Origin: Candidatus Latescibacterota bacterium
GTDB lineage: Bacteria; Latescibacterota; UBA2968
Direction of reading: 5' to 3'
DNA length: 64,000 nt
Assembly (NCBI GenBank): GCA_965204745.1
Contig: OZ242010.1
Location: 1,472,001-1,536,000 of the forward strand
Part shown: positions 1-6,732 of the stretch, piece by piece
Numbering within the stretch: the stretch's first letter is position 1
How the letters are laid out: each line of letters starts with the position of its first letter
Position numbers and translations under genes: made by a program
The notes under the pieces: generated by a model
Told to the model about the DNA's origin: nothing
What the model saw: the letters and a program-made list of their open reading frames with translations, nothing else
Databases searched by the model: none

Positions 1-744
1 CGGATGTAAGGGGAGATGCATCACGAAAAATCAGCGCGGCCGCGACCTGCGTGTTTCAATCCGCTCCCCTCACGGATGTAAGGGGAGATATGTCATTCCT
101 TGCTGTGATTGATGGTTTGAAAGACTTGTTTCAATCCGCTCCCCTCACGGATGTAAGGGGAGATTCAATGAGGGTGATGCGCTGATTTTTTCGTCGCTCA
201 TGTTTCAATCCGCTCCCCTCACGGATGTAAGGGGAGATAGCAGGCCGCGGCGGTGGTGCGCGAGCTAGGAAAAGTTTCAATCCGCTCCCCTCACGGATGT
301 AAGGGGAGATTTCGCGCTCGCGCTCGCCTGGTTCATCGGTATCGAGTTTCAATCCGCTCCCCTCACGGATGTAAGGGGAGATCGAGGCATTCCAGCGCAT
401 GGTGCGCGGCATTTCAAGTTTCAATCCGCTCCCCTCACGGATGTAAGGGGAGATTTACGCTTGGAAAGGTCGCGACATCGCTCGGACAGGTGTTTCAATC
501 CGCTCCCCTCACGGATGTAAGGGGAGATTTTATACGCGCTCTCGATGGCCTTTTCCGCGCTCGTTTCAATCCGCTCCCCTCACGGATGTAAGGGGAGATT
601 CGATTTGGTGCATTTTGTTGCTGTGTTTCATCTCGGTTTCAATCCGCTCCCCTCACGGATGTAAGGGGAGATTGATCCTCTCCTCGCTCCTCGATGAGAG
701 ATCCGCAGTTTCAATCCGCTCCCCTCACGGATGTAAGGGGAGAT
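1..744 (-). CRISPR. Type I-C CRISPR array (truncated by window start): 10 complete 37-bp repeats plus 1 partial, 10 spacers of 34-38 bp
   Basis: Identical repeat GTTTCAATCCGCTCCCCTCACGGATGTAAGGGGAGAT at 53,128,202,274,346,418,492,563,636,708 and partial at 1-17. The reverse complement ends ATTGAAAC and has the hairpin CTCCCCTTAC/GTGAGGGGAG followed by an 11-nt tail, typical of I-C. Confidence 0.99.
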
Positions 745-969
745 GCTGGTTGTTGTAACCAGCGGCACAACAAAAAGTTACACAAGCGGATGCGCGAACC
801 TCCTTCCTTTGCTTCAATCCGCTCGAAAAGTAAGAGGGAATATTGCGATGTAAATTGTTATTGGTCATAAGTTTAGTCCATTGCGCGAAAGCACGGGCAA
901 AATGCCATCACTCCCCTTTCGCGCCAAAAAATAATTCAAGCCGATCTCCTCATCGGATCGAGGAAAGGG
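745..969 (-). promoter_or_regulatory. CRISPR leader
   Basis: Non-coding, partly AT-rich stretch between cas2 and the first repeat. Contains GCGCGAA motifs (792, 883), an inverted TTCGCGC (918) and IHF-like AT tracts, as described for type I-C leaders. Confidence 0.85.
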
Positions 970-1260
970 CTAAAGAATAAGCGGCTCGTTTAGGTCTATG
1001 GGTTCTTTAAGCCCGTGATGCTCCGTCTTGTTTTTGGCGTTTTCGTCCAGATGGTAAAACCTCAGGGAATCCTGCTTGGGATCGATTTCTTTTAGCAGAC
1101 GATCCCTGAGTGTTGCCCATTCCGTTTTTCCAAGTTGGCATTCAAAAAGCGATTTTTGAGCGCGAACACCGTAATCCTCACAGGCTCTTGCCACTCGGCG
1201 CAACCGCTTTTGCCCGGCGCGGTCAGATGTGGAAACGTCATAAGCGATCAAGACAAACAT
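970..1260 (-). CDS. cas2: CRISPR-associated endoribonuclease Cas2
   Basis: MFVLIAYDVST...RLRRVARACEDYGVRAQKSLFEC...DSLRFY; start reset to ATG at 1260. Confidence 0.97.
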   Translation of the reverse strand: MFVLIAYDVSTSDRAGQKRLRRVARACEDYGVRAQKSLFECQLGKTEWATLRDRLLKEIDPKQDSLRFYHLDENAKNKTEHHGLKEPIDLNEPLIL

Positions 1261-1294
1261 GTTCGATCTCTTTCCCTTATCCACAAAGGGAGAT
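1261..1294 (-). repeat. Degenerate solitary CRISPR repeat abutting the cas2 start codon
   Basis: Minus strand ATCTCCCTTTGTGGATAAGGGAAAGAGATCGAAC-ATG: same 5' ATCTCCC, a TCCCTT/AAGGGA stem and a GATCGAAC tail (consensus GATTGAAAC). Confidence 0.65.
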
Positions 1295-1298
1295 GGGG

Positions 1299-2360
1299 TT
1301 ATTTGTAGATGAATGGGATATAGTCGGGGATATCGCCGCGGAGTTTTCGGGCCAACAATTTTGATTGGATGCTGAACACTTGCCCGATGCGGATATTTTG
1401 CTTGAACAAGGGATGCTTGATTTCCGTTTGTTTGCGCCGTTGCCAAGCTCGGATGACCTCTCTCCTGCCCCGGTCGGTAAATTCCACAGCACCGCCTTCT
1501 CGCACGCGAAAGTGTTTGGCCTCAATTTGGCGGCGGTTGATCAGGGTCAACGCCAGCCGCTCTGCCAAACAGGGGCGAAATTCTTCCATCAGATCCAAAG
1601 CGCAGGCTGGCCTCCCGGCCCGCGTCGCATGAAGCCAGCCGACATAGGGATCCAGCCCGGCAGTCGTCAACGCGGCCAAACAATCGTGGCGGATCAGCGC
1701 GTAAATGAAGGAAAGCAAACAGTTGATTCGATCCCGAGGCGGACGGCGCGTGCGCGTTGTGAACGCGAAGGTTTCGCGCTGTTGTTTGAGCATGTGTTGA
1801 AAGACCGAAAAATAGATCTTGGCCCCAAGGCCCTCAAATCCCCGGATCGGGTCGAGTGCCTCTCGGAGCGTGCGATCTGACGTAGCAGACGGCGCGTTGC
1901 CGAGTTGGCGAATCAGCCTGGCGAGTTCGGCAACAGCATCCGACAATGCCGTGCGATCCGAATCCCGATCTGCTTCCCGGGCGGATCGCAAGAGGTTTGC
2001 ACGCGAGTTTTGCAGTTTGCCGGCGACGAACTGCTGGGCAATGCGGGCCGCATCCTCTGGGCTATCCGCCGCGGCGTACTGCGCACGGCGCAACAAGTAG
2101 CGCGTGTCGCCACTGCCAATGACCTGTGCCAGCAGATAGCCGCTCTCCGTGTGATAATGCACTGCCACTTGGTGTTGCCAGCACAATGCCATCGCCGGCG
2201 GCGTGACCACGACTTGCCCAAACGCGCAGATGCTTTCCAAGTGGTGAATCGGCACGCGCAAGCGGGTTTGCCTTTCGATTTCGACTCGGAGCGTCAGATG
2301 ATCTCGGTGTACCACTGTCTTGGGCGTCGTCAGGTAAAGGGTGTTTTGAATCTCGGCCAT
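1299..2360 (-). CDS. cas1: CRISPR-associated endonuclease Cas1 (type I-C)
   Basis: NTLYLTT, RGFEGLGAKIYF, RTRRPPRDRINCLLSF, GLDPYVGWLH, LALDLMEEFRP motifs; ATG at 2360 with SD AGAGGA. Confidence 0.98.
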   Translation of the reverse strand: MAEIQNTLYLTTPKTVVHRDHLTLRVEIERQTRLRVPIHHLESICAFGQVVVTPPAMALCWQHQVAVHYHTESGYLLAQVIGSGDTRYLLRRAQYAAADSPEDAARIAQQFVAGKLQNSRANLLRSAREADRDSDRTALSDAVAELARLIRQLGNAPSATSDRTLREALDPIRGFEGLGAKIYFSVFQHMLKQQRETFAFTTRTRRPPRDRINCLLSFIYALIRHDCLAALTTAGLDPYVGWLHATRAGRPACALDLMEEFRPCLAERLALTLINRRQIEAKHFRVREGGAVEFTDRGRREVIRAWQRRKQTEIKHPLFKQNIRIGQVFSIQSKLLARKLRGDIPDYIPFIYK

Positions 2361-2370
2361 AATGTCCTCT

Positions 2371-2406
2371 GTTTCAATCTGTTCCCTCACGGATGTCAGG
2401 GGAGAT
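2371..2406 (-). repeat. Near-perfect solitary CRISPR repeat at the cas4/cas1 junction
   Basis: GTTTCAATCTG-TTCCCTCACGGATGTCAGGGGAGAT: 33 of 37 positions match the array repeat; overlaps the last cas4 codons. Confidence 0.95.
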
Positions 2407-3046
2407 ACACGTCCCGATAGGCCCGCGCCAGTGCAGAAGGGGCACTGGTGATTTCGGGCAGGCAATGATCAAAAAGCGAACACTCCGAACACTGGGGTTT
2501 GTGAATGGCGTTGGGGACTGCCTCCGCTTCGACGAGCCGATGCACGGCTTCAACCGCCTGTTCGGTGAGGCGGCGCAGTTCCTCGGTAAATACCACCTCT
2601 CGGCGGTGCTTGCTGCTCGCATGGAAGATGGCCCCTCGGGGAATGTCCAGCCCAAACATTTCTTCCAAGCACAGGGCTTGCGCGCAAAGTTGGGCATCGT
2701 CATTGTCAAATTTTCGTCGGCGACCCTTTTTGAACTCAACCGGAAACAACGATCCGTCGGGATGGCGTTCGACGATGTCGCACCTGCCGCTGAGCCGCAG
2801 CCGATCTGACCAAACGGGCAAGGCACGCAACAGCGTCACACCCCCAACCGTTTCGTAACCAGAAACATCGGCCTGCTCGTGGAACTGATTACCTACCAAG
2901 GTGTGTTCGTTGTCGCTAAAGGTGCCTTCGACATGAATCAGGGCAGCCCGGCGCGGACAATAAAGATACTGGTTGATGGCAGAGAGCGGGATGCTCCGAT
3001 CTGCATCATCTGATGGACTAGGCAGAACAACCATTGCTTTACTCAT
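2396..3046 (-). CDS. cas4: CRISPR-associated exonuclease Cas4
   Basis: LSAINQYLYCPRR, GRCDIVE, PVEFKKG, AQLCAQALCLEEM, C-terminal CSECSLFDHC Fe-S cysteines. Confidence 0.97.
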   Translation of the reverse strand: MSKAMVVLPSPSDDADRSIPLSAINQYLYCPRRAALIHVEGTFSDNEHTLVGNQFHEQADVSGYETVGGVTLLRALPVWSDRLRLSGRCDIVERHPDGSLFPVEFKKGRRRKFDNDDAQLCAQALCLEEMFGLDIPRGAIFHASSKHRREVVFTEELRRLTEQAVEAVHRLVEAEAVPNAIHKPQCSECSLFDHCLPEITSAPSALARAYRDVYLP

Positions 3047-3083
3047 GTTTTAATCCGCTTCCCTCACTGAGGTAAAGAGAGAA
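3047..3083 (-). repeat. Degenerate solitary CRISPR repeat abutting the cas4 start codon
   Basis: GTTTTAATCCGCTTCCCTCACTGAGGTAAAGAGAGAA, 30/37 identical and ungapped; its last base is directly followed by the cas4 ATG. Confidence 0.9.
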
Positions 3084-3094
3084 GCGGACTTGCT

Positions 3095-4051
3095 TTACTC
3101 ATGACGTTTATTCAAACGCACGCCGGCAGGCAGGTCGGTGTCGTCCCATCCGCAGTTGACCTCGTAATCGGCAAAAGATTTGGGAAATTCCACGCCATCC
3201 TTCAACTTCACCTCAATGCCCTCAAAGAGTTTGTGGGCATGAGCGCAACCGAGGCGGGCTTCTCGCCTGTTCTGCGCGGCGTTGTTCTCGTGCTGAGTGC
3301 CCACATGCTCAAAGTCGTAGATGCCGCGCACCACCATTTCGCCGCGAGCAGCGGAGCGGTCGTGCTCAAACATGTGGTTGAGCGCGTCAAAGAGAACCTC
3401 GAGGTCAGCGTTGGTGAACCCCGTGCGTTCGGCAAAAGCAGGAGACACGTAAGCCTTGGCCATATAGAGGGCGTAAGGCACAATGTGCTTATTGCCCATG
3501 GTGCGTTCCTTCTCGGCGTCCTCCTCTTTGGTCACGGCCATGCGAGTGATGGAGATCTCCATCGGGGTGATAGAATGGTACGATTGACCGAAGGTGATCT
3601 GTACCGGACCGCGCACTTGGCCCCAAGCGGAGCCTCTCATAATGTCGTCGCCGACAGAAAGCACACCACCAAAGGTGCGGACATCAAAGAACTCGCGGCA
3701 CAGCCATTTCATGGCGGCTTCCTGCTTTTCGGATTTGGACGCACCCGAGGCCAAGCCCTCACCGCTTTTCTCAATGCCATTATTGATCTCGTTGTTGAGC
3801 ACGGCGCCCTGCTTGATCAGCAGATTATAGCCGTTGGCACCATTCTCCCCAACCCGCTCCGGGGCGAACATTTCGACGAAGTTCCGCACTTTGCGCTTGA
3901 GGCACACATCGGAGACGATGCCACGGTTGGTATTGGGATCAAGACGCGGCATGTTGCCGGCATCGGGATCGCCATTGGGGTTGCCATTCGTGACCTCGAA
4001 GATCAGCAACACATCGTGCCGATTGGTGAGAATGTCGTTGATTTCGTTCAT
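3095..4051 (-). CDS. cas7: Cas7/Csd2 (type I-C backbone)
   Basis: NGNPNGDPDAGNMPRLD, VSDVCLKRKVRN, FFDVRTFG, QVRGPVQ, MFEHDRSAARG. Confidence 0.98.
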   Translation of the reverse strand: MNEINDILTNRHDVLLIFEVTNGNPNGDPDAGNMPRLDPNTNRGIVSDVCLKRKVRNFVEMFAPERVGENGANGYNLLIKQGAVLNNEINNGIEKSGEGLASGASKSEKQEAAMKWLCREFFDVRTFGGVLSVGDDIMRGSAWGQVRGPVQITFGQSYHSITPMEISITRMAVTKEEDAEKERTMGNKHIVPYALYMAKAYVSPAFAERTGFTNADLEVLFDALNHMFEHDRSAARGEMVVRGIYDFEHVGTQHENNAAQNRREARLGCAHAHKLFEGIEVKLKDGVEFPKSFADYEVNCGWDDTDLPAGVRLNKRHE

Positions 4052-4072
4052 CGTTCAATCTCCTGTCAGGGG

Positions 4073-4489
4073 TTATTGGTTATCGGCTTCTTTGTTTTGC
4101 TTGGCCGCGTCGCGGGCGACGCGGTCGGCGGCTTTTTGCTGGTAAAAGCCGATGGCGAACCGCCCCTGCGCGTGCAGGTCCAGCGTGCGGGGGAATTGGT
4201 TGACTTGGGTCAACACATCTTGAATGGCTTCGTCGAGGAAACGCTCATGGTTTTCATATTTGTCGGACTTGCCGATTTTGCTGAGGTGATGGCGGTTGAG
4301 CTTGAGGAGGATGGGAAACACCGAGGCCGGCGAGGCCATGGCGGTGCCAAAGTACCGTTCGACAACGCCAGCACCTTCAAGCTTATAGTCATGCGCCTTG
4401 GCCTGAGTTTCGGCGAGTACGGCGAGCAACCGCCCGCATTGATAGGCCGCATCGCCCGCATCGGCGGTTTGTCTTTCTGCAATTTCCAT
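4073..4489 (-). CDS. cas11: Probable Cas11c small subunit translated from an internal start in cas8c
   Basis: In-frame ATG (MEIAERQ) with SD AAAGGA upstream, just before the YxxGRL motif; internal Cas11 translation is established for type I-C. Confidence 0.7.
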   Translation of the reverse strand: MEIAERQTADAGDAAYQCGRLLAVLAETQAKAHDYKLEGAGVVERYFGTAMASPASVFPILLKLNRHHLSKIGKSDKYENHERFLDEAIQDVLTQVNQFPRTLDLHAQGRFAIGFYQQKAADRVARDAAKQNKEADNQ

Positions 4490-5926
4490 AATGTCGTCCT
4501 TTCTGTTTCGGTTTAGAATGAGTTTCGCCAAGGCGAAACGGGAATGGTTCAATAATGCCGTGCTCCCATCGCGCGCTATATCAACGCGCAGGCGGTTCAG
4601 CATGGGATGCAGTAAAGTGAGTGAAGGGGCAACACCTTCTAGTGCTGCGCGAAACAACTGAGCGGTCACTTCCGGTTGCAAATACTTCGCCTCTCGCACC
4701 GTAGTACAGGCCAGTCGGAATAGGGCCAACGGCGGCATTTTTTCCTTGCCGGAAGACGGGCGTACAGGCTCCAACTCAAGGTCGCTGAACCAGCGTTGCA
4801 GGTTTTCCGTAGCGGTTTCTAAGGTGGTCTGAATCCAGTGGCGCACGACGATCCGACCACTGTTGCCCGCGAGGGTGACAGCATGGAACTGCTCCTGCCG
4901 CAATGCCTCGCGCTCTTGACCAGACCATGGGGATTTGAGGAAATCCGCCACCGCCTTGGGGTCAGCTTGGTTGAGTAAATCACTCCAAGTGCTCGTGGCG
5001 TTCGTTTTGTTGCGAGTCCAGAAGCAACACGATGCCTGCCCCAAGCGAATGGAATGATCCTCACGACCAAGCATCCAGTTAAGCGCGGTGCAATAGGCGG
5101 TGACCGCCCGGGTGGAAGTGGAAGCATTGAGACTTTGCTCAAAACCGTAAGAAACGAAAGCATCCTTATCAAATGAGACAATCGCCGCACCAAAGGCTTG
5201 GGTGTTGGGCACGCCTTGCACTTTGGGGTTATGAGTCAGTGCAATGGGCTGATCGCGTTCACCAGTGATCAAGCAGTGACCGTGAGGCGCGTCTGTCTCA
5301 TGGGCTTCATTTTCCTTCTCGAATTGCCGCCGCCAAAAGGGCCTGATGTGGTTTTCGTCTTCCAGCAACAATTGTTCTCTCAAGCGGAATGAGAAATTGT
5401 CATTCCCTAACTTGACTTCCTCGCCATCGGCTTTGGTGATCCACCAAGCGGATTTTTCTTGTGGCTTGGGATCGGAACTGGTACCCCAGCGCAAAAAAGA
5501 TGGCATCTGCCCCGGCTCGGGCTTGAAAGCCAGCAGGGACTTCAATGCCTGACTGCGTGTGTCCCCATGGGCCTGTTCAATTTGTGCCCAAAAGTCATCG
5601 TATTTCCGGCAATTGTTTTTTATTCGATCCTTCCGCTGGTTTTCAGACATGGATTTTTCCGGGTCCGTATCGAGACCGAATACAGCCGTGATGCTGTCCG
5701 CCATGAACTCGGCCACGCCACCGGCATTCTTGGGCCGCGTGGTTTGCGGGCAACTAAATTCTTTTCCTTTTCCCTTCCTTTCTCCCACAGTTTCTACGGG
5801 ACCCTGTCCGACAAAGTTGCCCATATCGTCCAGCGCGATGATCCATCGCACCGCTTTGGATTTGAAAGCCAAATTGTCGAGGAGTTTTCGCGAAATTGCA
5901 AAGTCGTACAGATGTTTCAGCAACAT
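4073..5926 (-). CDS. cas8c: Cas8c/Csd1 large subunit
   Basis: HCLITGE, AAIVSFDKDAFVSYG, NSGRIVVRHW, AYQCGRLLAVL, QGRFAIGFYQQK; start reset to MLLKHL. Confidence 0.95.
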   Translation of the reverse strand: MLLKHLYDFAISRKLLDNLAFKSKAVRWIIALDDMGNFVGQGPVETVGERKGKGKEFSCPQTTRPKNAGGVAEFMADSITAVFGLDTDPEKSMSENQRKDRIKNNCRKYDDFWAQIEQAHGDTRSQALKSLLAFKPEPGQMPSFLRWGTSSDPKPQEKSAWWITKADGEEVKLGNDNFSFRLREQLLLEDENHIRPFWRRQFEKENEAHETDAPHGHCLITGERDQPIALTHNPKVQGVPNTQAFGAAIVSFDKDAFVSYGFEQSLNASTSTRAVTAYCTALNWMLGREDHSIRLGQASCCFWTRNKTNATSTWSDLLNQADPKAVADFLKSPWSGQEREALRQEQFHAVTLAGNSGRIVVRHWIQTTLETATENLQRWFSDLELEPVRPSSGKEKMPPLALFRLACTTVREAKYLQPEVTAQLFRAALEGVAPSLTLLHPMLNRLRVDIARDGSTALLNHSRFALAKLILNRNRKDDIMEIAERQTADAGDAAYQCGRLLAVLAETQAKAHDYKLEGAGVVERYFGTAMASPASVFPILLKLNRHHLSKIGKSDKYENHERFLDEAIQDVLTQVNQFPRTLDLHAQGRFAIGFYQQKAADRVARDAAKQNKEADNQ

Positions 5927-5928
5927 GG

Positions 5929-6732
5929 TCAGGCTCCGTTCGGTTCGAGGATTTCGATTTCGTCGGGGTGGCAAACCAAGGTGGAATCTATGATCTTGGC
6001 ACGGAAGAAACAGGCTCTCGGTCGGGCCAATTCGCCGACACAACGCGGGGTATTCTTTTTCGGTTTGGGCCCTAGTTCATCAGGGCGTTTCCAGCGAAAG
6101 CCCTGGGCGCGGGCGTTAGGCGAAAAAACATCGTAGAGCATCAAGCCCAAGTCCTCCTCGGGTTGCCGCCAACTGGTGCCAAGTTCGGTGGTTCGATCTT
6201 CCAGGGAGGCTTGGGGATCATCTACCCACTCGAAGTCCGCCGCAAATTCGCGCATGCCCAAGGCGGGGCGGTGGAAGCACTTGCCCTGCTGGGCGCGGCG
6301 TTTGAATTCAGCCAAGTACTTCACTGGTGGGTCGGTTTTGGGATTCGCCAACGGCGTGGTACGCAACTCGGCACTGATGATGTACTCCACCTCCTGCAAT
6401 GCCAGCATGTTGCGCTGGGTGCCGGCTGGTGCGCCGCCCCCGGCCTCAATGGGCGAGACTTTCTCCGGCTGTTTCATCCATTGACCAACATTGCGAATGC
6501 TGATAACTGATTGCACTTCATTGCGCCGAATCGAGGCCCAGCGACCTCGCCGAATTATCCGGATGGTAGCGACGAGATAGCGAACTTGCGGCTCCCAAAA
6601 GATGGCCTCCAAGATGCCTCGGGCAACAGAAGGCGTCATAATTGGGTAACTGACGCGCTCCACTTTCATTTCGGGGCGCGTGAAACATGCCCAATCGCCC
6701 CAAACTCTCAGGTGTACTTGGTTATCTTTCAT
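5929..6732 (-). CDS. cas5: Cas5c/Cas5d crRNA-processing subunit
   Basis: VWGDWACFTRPEMKVERVSYPIMTPSVARGILEAIFW, GKCFHRPALGMREF, DLGLMLYD. Confidence 0.97.
   Translation of the reverse strand: MKDNQVHLRVWGDWACFTRPEMKVERVSYPIMTPSVARGILEAIFWEPQVRYLVATIRIIRRGRWASIRRNEVQSVISIRNVGQWMKQPEKVSPIEAGGGAPAGTQRNMLALQEVEYIISAELRTTPLANPKTDPPVKYLAEFKRRAQQGKCFHRPALGMREFAADFEWVDDPQASLEDRTTELGTSWRQPEEDLGLMLYDVFSPNARAQGFRWKRPDELGPKPKKNTPRCVGELARPRACFFRAKIIDSTLVCHPDEIEILEPNGA

Noticed and set aside
131-591. ORFs 131..424 (-) and 253..591 (+) with repeating peptides
   Set aside because: They are translations of the CRISPR repeats and spacers.
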